NCBI GenBank assembly: GCA_964016885.1
Contig: OZ024748.1
Coordinates: 37,572,001 to 37,636,000 of the forward strand
Direction of reading: 5' to 3'
DNA: 64,000 nucleotides
Source of the DNA: Eledone cirrhosa
Lineage: Eukaryota
The notes under the pieces were generated by a model. That model saw only the letters and a program-made list of their open reading frames with translations. It did not search any database and had not been told where the DNA came from. How positions within the stretch are numbered: position 1 is the first letter of the stretch; every line of letters begins with the position of its first letter. Of the stretch, positions 42,901 to 56,600 are shown one piece after another. A program made the translations under genes and the position numbers.

Positions 42901-43845
42901 TAGTGTCAGAGTTTACTACCTCTAGATCTAGTGTGACAATGTTAGTGACAGTGTTAACTACCTCTAGATCTAGTATGACAATGTTAGTGTCAGTGTTAAC
43001 TACCTCTAGATCTAGTATGGCAATGTCAGTGTTAACTACCTCTAGATCTAGTATGACAATGTTAGTGTCAGTGTTAACTACCACCAGATCTAGTATGACA
43101 ATGTCAGTGTCAGTGTTAACTACCTCTCGATCTAGTATGGCAATGTAAATGTTAACTACCACCAGATCTAGTATGGCAATGTTAGTGTCAGTGTTAACTA
43201 CCTCTAGATCTAGTATGACAATGTTAGTGTCAGTGTTAACTACCTCTAGATATAGTATGACAATGTCAGTGTCAGTGTTAACTACCTCTAGATCTAGTAT
43301 GACAATGTTAGTGTCAGTGTTAACTACCTCTAGATCTAGTGTGACAATGTTAGTGTCAGTGATAACTACCTCTAGATCTAGTATGACAATGTCAGTGACA
43401 GTGATAACTACCTCTAGATCTAGTATGACAATGTCAGTGTCAGTGTTAACTACCTCTAGATCTAGTATGACAATGTTAGTGTCAGTGTTAACTACCACTA
43501 GATCTAGTATGTCAATGTCAGTGTCAGTGATAACTACCTCTAGATCTAGTTTGACAATTTCAGTGTCAGTGTTAACTACCTCTAGATCGAGTGTGACAAT
43601 GTTATTGTCAGTGTTAACTACCACTAGATCTAGTATGTCAATGTCAGTGTCAGTGTTAACTACCTCGAGATCTAGTATGACAATGTTAGTGTCAGTGTTA
43701 ACTACCTCTAGATCTAGTATGACAATGTTAGTATCAGTGTTAACTACCTCTAGATCTAGTATGGCAATGTAAGTGTTAACTACCTCTAGATCTATTATGA
43801 CAATGTTAGTGTCAGTGTTAACTACCTCTAGATCTAGTATGACAA
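36978..43845. repeat. 3794-bp tandem duplication (about 1.8 copies), each copy containing an 864-bp tandem duplication
   Basis: ORF starts pair at a constant 3794 offset: 36979/40773, 37345/41139, 37711/41505, 38491/42285, 39355/43149, 39979/43773. The internal offset is 864 (38491/39355 and 42285/43149). Confidence 0.9.
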
Positions 43846-44659
43846 TGTCAGTGTCAGTGTTAACTACCTCTAGATCTAATATGACAATGTCAGTGTCAGT
43901 GTTAACTACCTCTAGATCTAGTATGACAATGTCAGTGTCAGAGTTAACTAACTCTAGATCTAGTATGACAATGTCAGTGTCAGTGTTAACTACCTCTAGA
44001 TCTAGTGTGACAATGTTAGTGTCAGTGTTAACTACCTCTAGATCTAGTATGGCAATGTCAGTGTCAGTGTTAACTACCTCTAGATCTAATATGACAATGT
44101 TAGTGTCAGTGTTAACTACCACTAGATCTAGTATGTCAATGTCAGTGTCAGTGATAACTACCTCTAGATCTAGTATGACAATGTCAGTGTCTATGTTAAC
44201 TACCTCTAGATCTAGTATGACAATGTCAGTGTCAGTGTTAACTACCTCTAGATCTAGTATAACAATGTCAGTGTCAGTGATAACTACCTCTAGATCTATT
44301 ATGACAATGTCAGTGTCAGTGTTAACTACCTCTAGATCTATTATGACAATGTCAGTGTCAGTGTTAACTACCTCTAGATCTAGTATAACAATGTCAGTGT
44401 CAGTGATAACTACCTCTTGATCTAGTATGACAATGTCAGTGTCAGTGTTAACTACCTCTAGATCTAGTATGACAATGTCAGTGTCAGTGTTAACTACCTC
44501 TAGATCTAGTATGACAATGTCAGTGTCAGTGTTAACTACCACTAGATCTAGTATGTCAATGTCAGTGTCAGTGTTAACTACCTCTAGATCTAGTGTGACA
44601 ATGTTAGTGTCATTGATAACTACCTCTAGATCTAGTGTGACAATGTTAGTGTCAGTGTT

Positions 44660-47600
44660 AACTACCTCTAGATCTAGTGTGACAATGTTAGTGTCAGTGT
44701 TAACTACCTCTAGATCTAGTATGACAATGTTAGTGTCATTGTTAACTACCTCTAGATCTAGTGTGACAATGTTAGTGTCAGTGTTAACTACCTCTAGATC
44801 TAGTATGACAATGTCAGTGTCAGTGTTAACTACCTCTAGATCTAGTATGACAATGTCAGTGTCAGTGTTAACTACCTCTAGATCTAGTATGACAATGTTA
44901 GTGTCAGTGTTAACTACCTCTAGATCTAGTGTGACAATGTTAATGTCAGTGTTAACTACCTCTAGATCTAGTATGACAATGTTAGTGTCAGTGTTAACTA
45001 CCACTAGATCTAGTATGACAATGTTAGTGTCAGTGTTAACTACCTCTAGATCTAGTATGGCAATGTCAGTGTCAGTGTTAACTACCTCTAGATCTAGTAT
45101 GACAATGTTAGTGTCAGTGTTAACTACCTCTAGATCTAGTATGACAATGTCAGTGTCAGTGTTAACTACCACTAGATCTAGTGTGACAATGTCAGTGTCA
45201 GGTTTACCTACCTCAAGATCTAGTGTGACAATGTCAGTGTCAGTGTTAACTACCACTAGATCTAGTGTGACAATGTCAGTGTCAGGTTTAACTACCTCAA
45301 GATCTAGTGTGACAATGTTAGTGACAGTGTTAACTACCTCTAGATCTAGTATGACAATGTTAGTGTCAGTGTTAACTACCACTAGATCTAGTATGACAAT
45401 GTTAGTGTCAGTGTTAACTACCTCTAGATCTAGTATGACAATGTTAGTGTCAGTGTTAACTACCTCTAGATCTAGTATGACAATGTCAGTGTCATTGTTA
45501 ACTATCTCTAGATCTAGTGTGACAATATCAGTGTCAGGGTTAACTACCTCAAGATCTAGTGTGACAATGTTAGTGTCAGTGTTAACAACCTCTAGATCTA
45601 GTATGACAATGTTAGTGTCAGTGTTAACTACCTCTAGATCTAGTATGACAATGTCAGTGTCAGGGTTAACTACCTCAAGATCTAGTATGACAATGTCAGT
45701 GTCAGTGTTAACTACCTCTAGATCTAGTGAGACGATGTTAGTGTCAGTGTTAACTAGCTGTAGATCTAGTATGACAATGTCAGTGTCAGGGTTAACTACC
45801 TCTAGATCTACTATGACAATGTTAGTGTCAGTGTTAACTACCACTAGATCTAGTGTGACAATGTTAGTGTCAGTGTTAACTACCTCTAGATCTAGTGTGA
45901 CAATGTTAGTGTCAGTGTTAACTACCACTAGATCTAGTATGACAATGTCAGTGTCAGTGTTAACTACCTCTAGATCTAGTATTACAATGTTAGTGTCAGT
46001 GTTAACTACCTCTAGATCTAGTGTGACAATGTTAGTGTCAGTGTTAACTACCTCTAGATCTAGTATGGCAATGTCAGTGTCAGTGTTAACTACCTCTAGA
46101 TCTAGTATGACAATGTTAGTGTCAGTGTTAACTACCTCTAGATCTAGTATGGCAATGTCAGTGTCAGTGTTAACTATCTCTAGATCTAGTATGTCAGTGT
46201 CAATGTTAACTACCTCTAGATCTAGTGTGACAATGTTAGTGTCAGTGTTAACTACCACTAGATCTAGTAACGCAATGTCAGTGTCAGTGTTAACTACCTC
46301 TAGATCTAGTATGACGATGTTAGTGTCAGTGTTATCTACCTCTAGATCTAGTATGACAATGTTAGTGTCAGTGTTAACTACCACTAGATCTAGTATGACA
46401 ATGTTAGTGTCAGTGTTAACTACCTCTAGATCTAGTATGGCAATGTCAGTGTCAGTGTTAACTACCTCTAGATCTAGTATGACAATGTTAGTGTCAGTGT
46501 TAACTACCTCTAGATCTAGTATGACAATGTCAGTGTCAGTATTAACTACCACTAGATCTAGTGTGACAATGTCAGTGTCAGGTTTACCTACCTCAAGATC
46601 TAGTGTGACAATGTCAGTGTCAGTGTTAACTACCACTAGATCTAGTGTGACAATGTCAGTGTCAGGTTTAACTACCTCAAGATCTAGTGTGACAATGTTA
46701 GTGACAGTGTTAACTACCTCTAGATCTAGTATGACAATGTTAGTGTCAGTGTTAACTACCACTAGATCTAGTATGACAATGTTAGTGTCAGTGTTAACTA
46801 CCTCTAGATCTAGTATGACAATGTTAGTGTCAGTGTTAACTACCTCTAGATCTAGTATGACAATGTCAGTGTCATTGTTAACTATCTCTAGATCTAGTGT
46901 GACAATATCAGTGTCAGGGTTAACTACCTCAAGATCTAGTGTGACAATGTTAGTGTCAGTGTTAACAACCTCTAGATCTAGTATGACAATGTTAGTGTCA
47001 GTGTTAACTACCTCTAGATCTAGTATGACAATGTCAGTGTCAGGGTTAACTACCTCAAGATCTAGTATGACAATGTCAGTGTCAGTGTTAACTACCTCTA
47101 GATCTAGTGAGACGATGTTAGTGTCAGTGTTAACTACCTGTAGATCTAGTATGACAATGTCAGTGTCAGGGTTAACTACCTCTAGATCTACTATGACAAT
47201 GTTAGTGTCAGTGTTAACTACCACTAGATCTAGTGTGACAATGTTAGTGTCAGTGTTAACTACCTCTAGATCTAGTGTGACAATGTTAGTGTCAGTGTTA
47301 ACTACCACTAGATCTAGTATGACAATGTCAGTGTCAGTGTTAACTACCTCTAGATCTAGTATTACAATGTTAGTGTCAGTGTTAACTACCTCTAGATCTA
47401 GTGTGACAATGTTAGTGTCAGTGTTAACTACCTCTAGATCTAGTATGGCAATGTCAGTGTCAGTGTTAACTACCTCTAGATCTAGTATGACAATGTTAGT
47501 GTCAGTGTTAACTACCTCTAGATCTAGTATGGCAATGTCAGTGTCAGTGTTAACTATCTCTAGATCTAGTATGTCAGTGTCAATGTTAACTACCTCTAGA

Positions 47601-50600
47601 TCTAGTGTGACAATGTTAGTGTCAGTGTTAACTACCACTAGATCTAGTAACGCAATGTCAGTGTCAGTGTTAACTACCTCTAGATCTAGTATGACGATGT
47701 TAGTGTCAGTGTTATCTACCTCTAGATCTAGTATGACAATGTTAGTATCAGTGTTAACTACCACTAGATCTAGTATGCCAATGTCAGTGTTAACTACCTC
47801 TAGATCTAGTATGGCAATGTAAGTGTTAACTACCTCTAGATCTAGTATGACAATGTAAGTGATAACTACCTTTAGATCTAGTATGGCAATGTAAGTGATA
47901 ACTACCTCTAGATCTAGTATGGCAATGTATGTGATAACTACCTCTAGATCTAGGATGACAATGTTAGTGTCAGTGTTAACTACCTCTAGATCTAGTATGG
48001 CAATGTCAGTGTTAACTACCACTAGATCTAGTATGACAATGTTAGTGTCAGTGTTAACTACCACCAGATCTAGTATGGCAATGTTAGTGTCAGTGTTAAC
48101 TACCTCTAGATCTAGTATGACAATGTTAGTGTCAGTGTTAACTACCTCTAGATCTAGTATGACAATGTCAGAGTTGACTACCACTAGATCTAGTATGTAA
48201 ATGTCAGTGTCAGTGTTAACTACCACTAGATCTAGTATGGCAATGTCAGTGTCAGTGTTAACTACCTCTAGATCTAGTATGACAATGTTAGTGTCAGTGT
48301 TAACTACCACTAGATCTAGTATGTCAATGTCAGTGTCAGGGATAACTACCTCTAGATCTAGTATGACAATGTCAGTGTTAACTACCTCTAGATCGAGTGT
48401 GACAATGTTAGTGTCAGTGTTAATTACCACTAGATCTAGTATGACAATGTTAGTATCAGTGTTAACTACCTCTAGATCTAGTATGACAATGTCAGACTTA
48501 ACTACCTCTAGATCTAGTATGGCAATGTCAGTGTTAACTACCTCTAGATCTAGTATGGCAATGTAAGTGTTAACTACCTCTAGATCTATTATGACAATGT
48601 TAGTGTCAGTGTTAACTACCTCTAGATCTAGTATGACAATGTTAGTGTCAGAGTTTACTACCTCTAGATCTAGTGTGACAATGTTAGTGTCAGTGTTAAC
48701 TACCTCTAGATCTATTATGACAATGTCAGTGTCAGTGTTAACTACCTCTAGATCTAGTATGACAATGTCAGTATCAGTGTTAACTACCTCTAGATCTATT
48801 ATGACAATGTCAGTGTCAGTGTTAACTACCTCTAGATCTAGTATGACAATGTCAGTGTCAGAGTTAACTACCACTAGATCTAGTATGACAATGTCAGTGT
48901 CAGTGTTAACTACCTCTAGATCTAGTGTGACAATGTTAGTGTCAGTGTTAACTACCTCTAGATCTAGTATGGCAATGTCAGTGTCAGTGTTAACTACCTC
49001 TAGATCTAGTATGACAATGTTAGTGTCAGTGTTAACTACCTCTAGATCTAGTATGGCAATGTCAGTGTCAGTGTTAACTACCTCTAGATCTAGTATGACA
49101 ATGTTAGTGTCAGTGTTAACTACCTCTAGATCTAGTATGGCAATGTCAGTGTCAGTGTTAACTACCTCTAGATCTATTATGACAATGTCAGTGTCAGTGT
49201 TAACTACCTCTAGATCTAGTATGACAATGTTAGTGTCAGTGTTAACTACCTCTAGATCTAGTATGGCAATGTTAGTGTCAGTGTTAACTACCTCTAGATC
49301 TAGTGTGACAATGTTAGTGTCAGTGTTAACTACCTCTAGATCTAGTATGGCAATGTCAGTGTCAGTGTTAACTACCTCTAGATCTAGTATGACAATGTTA
49401 GTGTCAGTGTTAACTACCTCTAGATCTAGTATGGCAATGTCAGTGTCAGTGTTAACTACCTCTAGATCTAGTATGACAATGTTAGTGTCAGTGTTAACTA
49501 CCTCTAGATCTAGTATGGCAATGTCAGTGTCAGTGTTAACTACCTCTAGATCTAGTATGACAATTTTAGTGTCAGTGTTAACTACCTCTAGATCTAGTAT
49601 GGCAATGTATGTGATAACTACCTCTAGATCTAGTATGGCAATGTATGTGATAACTACCTCTAGATCTAGGATGACAATGTTAGTGTCAGAGTTTACTACC
49701 TCTAGATCTAGTGTGACAATGTTAGTGACAGTGTTAACTACCTCTAGATCTAGTATGACAATGTTAGTGTCAGTGTTAACTACCTCTAGATCTAGTATGG
49801 CAATGTCAGTGTTATCTACCACTAGATCTAGTATGACAATGTTAGTGTCAGTGTTAACTACCTCTAGATCTAGTATGACAATGTTAGTGTCAGTGTTAAC
49901 TACCACCAGATCTAGTATGGCAATGTCAGTGTCAGTGTTAACTACCTCTCGATCTAGTATGGCAATGTAAATGTTAACTACCACCAGATCTAGTATGGCA
50001 ATGTTAGTGTCAGTGTTAACTACCTCTAGATCTAGTATGACAATGTTAGTGTCAGTGTTAACTACCTCTAGATCTAGTATGACAATGTCAGTGTCAGTGT
50101 TAACTACCTCTAGATCTAGTATGACAATGTTAGTGTCAGTGTTAACTACCACTAGATCTAGTATGACAATGTCAGTGTCAGTGTTAACTACCTCTAGATC
50201 TAGTATGACAAAGTGTCAGTGTTAACTACCTCTAGATCTAGTATGACAATGTTACTGTCAGTGTTAACTACCACTAGATCTAGTATGACAATGTTAGTAT
50301 CAGTGTTAACTACCACTAGATCTAGTATGGCAATGTCAGTGTCAGTGTTAACTACCACTAGATCTAGTATGGCAATGTCAGTGTCAGTGTTACCTACCTC
50401 TAGATCTAGTATGACAATGTTAGTGTCAGTTTTAACTACCACTAGATCTAGTATGACAATGTCAGTGTCAGTGTTAACTACCTCTAGATCTAGTATGACA
50501 ATGTCAGAGTTAACTACCACTAGATCTAGTATGTCAATGTCAGTGTCAGTGTTAACTACCTCTAGATCTAGTATGACAATGTTAGTGGCAGTGTTAACTA

Positions 50601-53600
50601 CCACTAGATCTAGTATGTCAATGTCAGTGTCAGTGATAACTACCTCTAGATCTAGTATGACAATGTCAGTGTTAACTACCTCTAGATCTAGTATGGCAAT
50701 GTCAGTGTCAGTGTTAACTACCTCTAGATCTAGTATGACAACGTCAGTGTCAGTGTAAACTACCGCTAGATCTAGTATGGCAATGTAAGTGTTAACTAGC
50801 TCTAGATCTAGTATGACAATGTCAGTGTCAGTGTTAACTACCTCTAGATCTAGTATGACAATGTCAGTGTCAGTGTTAACTACCTCTAGATCTAGTATGA
50901 CAATGTCAGTGTCAGTGTTAACTACCTCTAGATCTAGTATGACAATGTCAGTGTCAGTGTTAACTACCTCTAGATCTAGTATAACAATGTCAGTGTCAGT
51001 GATAACTACCTCTAGATCTATTATGACAATGTCAGTGTCAGTGTTAACTACCTCTAGATCTATTATGACAATGTCAGTGTCAGTGTTAACTACCTCTAGA
51101 TCTAGTATAACAATGTCAGTGTCAGTGATAACTACCTCTAGATCTAGTATGACAATGTCAGTGTCAGTGTTAACTACCTCTAGATCTAGTGTGACAATGT
51201 TAGTGTCAGTGTTAACTACCTCTAGATCTAGTATGACAATGTTAGTGTCAGTGTTAACTACCTCTAGATCTAGTATGGCAATGTCAGTGTTAACTACCTC
51301 TAGATCTAGTATGACAATGTTAGTGTCAGTGTTAACTACCTCTAGATCTAGTATGGCAATGTCAGTGTCAATGTTAACTACCTCTTGATCTAGTATGACA
51401 ATGTCAGTGTCAGTGTTAACTACCTCTAGATCTAGTATGACAATGTCAGTGTCAGTGTTTACTACCTCTAGATCTAGTATGACAATGTCAGTGTCAGTGT
51501 TAACTACCACTAGATCTAGTATGTCAATGTCAGTGTCAGTGTTAACTACCTCTAGATCTAGTGTGACAATGTTAGTGTCAGTGATAACTACCTCTAGATC
51601 TAGTGTGACAATGTTAGTGTCAGTGATAACTACCTCTAGATCTAGTATGACAATGTTAGTGTCAGTGTTAACTACCACTAGATCTAGTATGACAATGTCA
51701 GTGTCAGTGTTAACTACCTCTAGATCTAGTATGACAAAGTGTCAGTGTTAACTACCTCTAGATCTAGTATGACAATGTTAGTGTCAGTGTTAACTACCAC
51801 TAGATCTAGTATGACAATGTTAGTATCAGTGTTAACTACCACTAGATCTAGTATGGCAATGTCAGTGTCAGTGTTAACTACCTCTAGATCTAGTATGGCA
51901 ATGTCAGTGTTAACTACCTCTAGATCTAGTATGACAATGTTAGTGTCAGTGTTGACTACCTCTAGATCTAGTATGGCAATGTCAGTGTCAGTGTTAACTA
52001 CCTCTAGATCTAGTATGGCAATGTAAGTGTTAACTACCTCTAGATCTAGTATGACAATGTTAGTGTCAGTGTTAACTACCTCTAAATCTAGTATGACAAT
52101 GTCAGTGTCAGTGTTAACTACCTCTAGATCTAGTGTGACAATGTTAGTGTCAATGTTACCTACCTCTAGATCTATTATGAAAATGTTAGTGTCAGTGTTA
52201 CCTACCTCTACATCTAGTATGACAATGTTAGTGTCAGTGTTAACTAGCTCTAGATCTAGTATGACAATGTTAGTGTCAGTGTTAACTACCTCTAGATCTA
52301 GTGTGACAATGTTAGTGTCAGTGTTAACTACCTCTAGATCTAGTATGACAACGTCAGTGTCAGTGTTAACTACCTCTAGATCTAGTATAACAATGTCAGT
52401 GACAGTGATAACTACCTCTAGATCTAGTATGACAATGTCAGTGTCAGTGTTAACTACCTCTAGATCTAGTATGACAATGTTAGTGTCAGTGTTAACTACC
52501 ACTAGATCTAGTATGTCAATGTCAGTGTCAGTGATAACTACCTCTAGATCTAGTATGACAATGTCAGTGTCAGTGTTAACTACCTCTAGATCGAGTGTGA
52601 CAATGTTATTGTCAGTGTTAACTACCACTAGATCTAGTATGTCAATGTCAGTGTCAGTGTTAACTACCTCGAGATCTAGTATGACAATGTTAGTGTCAGT
52701 GTTAACTACCACTAGATCTAGTAACGCAATGTCAGTGTCAGTGTTAACTACCTCTAGATCTAGTATGACGATGTTAGTGTCAGTGTTATCTACCTCTAGA
52801 TCTAGTATGACAATGTTAGTATCAGTGTTAACTACCACTAGATCTAGTATGGCAATGTCAGTGTTAACTACCTCTAGATCTAGTATGGCAATGTAAGTGT
52901 TAACTACCTCTAGATCGAGTATGACAATGTATGTGATAACTACCTCTAGATCTAGTATGGCAATGTATGTGATAACTACCTCTAGATCTAGGATGACAAT
53001 GTTAGTGTCAGTGTTAACTACCTCTAGATCTAGTATGGCAATGTCAGTGTTAACTACCACTAGATCTAGTATGACAATGTTAGTGTCAGTGTTAACTACC
53101 TCTAGATCTAGTATGACAATGTTAGTGTCAGTGTTAACTACCACCAGATCTAGTATGGCAATGTCAGTGTCAGTGTTAACTACCTCTCGATCTAGTATGG
53201 CAATGTAAATGTTAACTACCACCAGATCTAGTATGGCAATGTTAGTGTCAGTGTTAACTACCTCTAGATCTAGTATGACAATGTTAGTGTCAGTGTTAAC
53301 TACCTCTAGATCTAGTATGACAATGTCAGTGTCAGTGTTAACTACCTCTAGATCTAGTATGACAATGTTAGTGTCAGTGTTAACTACCTCTAGATCTAGT
53401 GTGACAATGTTAGTGTCAGTGATAACTACCTCTAGATCTAGTATGACAATGTTAGTGTCAGTGTTAACTACCACTAGATCTAGTATGACAATGTCAGTGT
53501 CAGTGTTAACTACCTCTAGATCTAGTATGACAAAGTGTCAGTGTTAACTACCTCTAGATCTAGTATGACAATGTTAGTGTCAGTGTTAACTACCACTAGA

Positions 53601-56600
53601 TCTAGTATGACAATGTTAGTATCAGTGTTAACTACCACTAGATCTAGTATGGCAATGTCAGTGTCAGTGTTAACTACCACTAGATCTAGTATGGCAATGT
53701 CAGTGTCAGTGTTACCTACCTCTAGATCTAGTATGACAATGTTAGAGTCAGTGTTAACTACCACTAGATCTAGTATGACAATGTCAGTGTCAGTGTTCAC
53801 TACCTCTAGATCTAGTATGACAATGTCAGAGTTAACTACCACTAGATCTAGTATGTAAACGTCAGTGTCAGTGTTAACTACCTCTAGATCTAGTATGACA
53901 ATGTTAGTGTCAGTGTTAACTACCACTAGATCTAGTATGTCAATGTCAGTGTCAGTGATAACTACCTCTAGATCTAGTATGACAATGTTAGTATCAGTGT
54001 TAACTACCACTAGATCTAGTAACGCAATGTCAGTGTCAGTGTTAACTACCTCTAGATCTAGTATGACGATGTTAGTGTCAGTGTTATCTACCTCTAGATC
54101 TAGTATGACAATGTTAGTATCAGTGTTAACTACCACTAGATCTAGTATGGCAATGTCAGTGTTAACTACCTCTAGATCTAGTATGGCAATGTAAGTGTTA
54201 ACTACCTCTAGATCGAGTATGACAATGTATGTGATAACTACCTCTAGATCTAGTATGGCAATGTATGTGATAACTACCTCTAGATCTAGGATGACAATGT
54301 TAGTGTCAGTGTTAACTACCTCTAGATCTAGTATGGCAATGTCAGTGTTAACTACCTCTAGATCTAGTATGACAATGTCAGTGTCAGTGTTAACTACCTC
54401 TAGATCTAGTATGACAATGTTAGTGTCAGTGTTAACTACCTCTAGATCTAGTGTGACAATGTTAGTGTCAGTGATAACTACCTCTAGATCTAGTATGACA
54501 ATGTTAGTGTCAGTGTTAACTACCACTAGATCTAGTATGACAATGTCAGTGTCAGTGTTAACTACCTCTAGATCTAGTATGACAAAGTGTCAGTGTTAAC
54601 TACCTCTAGATCTAGTATGACAATGTTAGTGTCAGTGTTAACTACCACTAGATCTAGTATGACAATGTTAGTATCAGTGTTAACTACCACTAGATCTAGT
54701 ATGGCAATGTCAGTGTCAGTGTTAACTACCACTAGATCTAGTATGGCAATGTCAGTGTCAGTGTTACCTACCTCTAGATCTAGTATGACAATGTTAGAGT
54801 CAGTGTTAACTACCACTAGATCTAGTATGACAATGTCAGTGTCAGTGTTCACTACCTCTAGATCTAGTATGACAATGTCAGAGTTAACTACCACTAGATC
54901 TAGTATGTAAATGTCAGTGTCAGTGTTAACTACCTCTAGATCTAGTATGACAATGTTAGTGTCAGTGTTAACTACCACTAGATCTAGTATGTCAATGTCA
55001 GTGTCAGTGATAACTACCTCTAGATCTAGTATGACAATGTCAGTGTTAACTACCTCTAGATCGAGTGTGACAATGTTAGTGTCAGTGTTAATTACCACTA
55101 GATCTAGTATGTCAATGTCAGTGTCAGTGTTAACTACCACTAGATCTAGTATGACAATGTTAGTGTCAGTGTTAACTACCTCTAGATCTAGTATGACAAT
55201 GTTAGTATCAGTGTTAACTACCTCTAGATCTAGTATGGCAATGTCAGACTTAACTACCTCTAGATCTAGTATGGCAATGTCAGTGTTAACTACCTCTAGA
55301 TCTAGTATGGCAATGTAAGTGTTAACTACCTCTAGATCTATTATGACAATGTTAGTGTCAGTGTTAACTACCTCTAGATCTAGTATGACAATGTTAGTGT
55401 CAGAGTTTACTACCTCTAGATCTAGTGTGACAATGTTAGTGTCAGTGGTAACTACCTCTAGATCTATTATGACAATGTCAGTGTCAGTGTTAACTACCTC
55501 TAGATCTAGTATGACAATGTCAGTGTCAGTGTTAACTACCTCTAGATCTATTATGACAATGTCAGTGTCAGTGTTAACTACCTCTAGATCTAGTATGACA
55601 ATGTCAGTGTCAGAGTTAACTACCACTAGATCTAGTATGACAATGTCAGTGTCAGTGTTAACTACCTCTAGATCTAGTGTGACAATGTTAGTGTCAGTGT
55701 TAACTACCTCTAGATCTAGTATGACAATGTCAGTGTCAGTGTTAACTACCTCTAGATCTAGTATGACAATTTTAGTGTCAGTGTTAACTACCTCTAGATC
55801 TAGTATGGCAATGTCAGTGTCAGTATTAACTATCTCTAGATCTAGTATGGCAATGTATGTGATAACTACCTCTAGATCTAGTATGTCAATGTATGTGATA
55901 ACTACCTCTAGATCTAGGATGACAATGTTAGTGTCAGAGTTTACTACCTCTAGATCTAGTGTGACAATGTTAGTGACAGTATTAACTACCTCTAGATCTA
56001 GTATGACAATGTTAGTGTCAGTGTTAACTACCTCTAGATCTAGTATGGCAATGTCAGTGTTAACTACCACTAGATCTAGTATGACAATGTTAGTGTCAGT
56101 GTTAACTACCTCTAGATCTAGTATGACAATGTTAGTGTCAGTGTTAACTACCACCAGATCTAGTATGGCAATGTTAGTGTCAGTGTTAACTACCTCTCGA
56201 TCTAGTATGGCAATGTAAATGTTAACTACCACCAGATCTAGTATGGCAATGTTAGTGTCAGTGTTAACTACCTCTAGATCTAGTATGACAATGTTAGTGT
56301 CAGTGTTAACTACCTCTAGATCTAGTATGACAATGTCAGTGTCAGTGTTAACTACCTCTAGATCTAGTATGACAATGTTAGTGTCAGTGTTAACTACCTC
56401 TAGATCTAGTGTGACAATGTTAGTGTCAGTGATAACTACCTCTAGATCTAGTATGACAATGTTAGTGTCAGTGTTAACTACCACTAGATCTAGTATGACA
56501 ATGTCAGTGTCAGTGTTAACTACCTCTAGATCTAGTATGACAAAGTATCAGTGTTAACTACCTCTAGATCTAGTATGACAATGTTAGTGTCAGTGTTAAC

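Larger units (their letters stand above)
10250..44650. repeat. Sub-family 2 domain rich in 36-bp and 38-bp monomers, organised in kb-scale blocks
   Basis: Frequent ATGGCAATG, ATGTAAG, GTGATAAC and TCTATTATG variants, many 36-mers, and the 38-mer GACAAAGTRTCAG. Sub-family 1 variants such as CCTCAAGA are not seen here. Boundaries are approximate. Confidence 0.8.
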
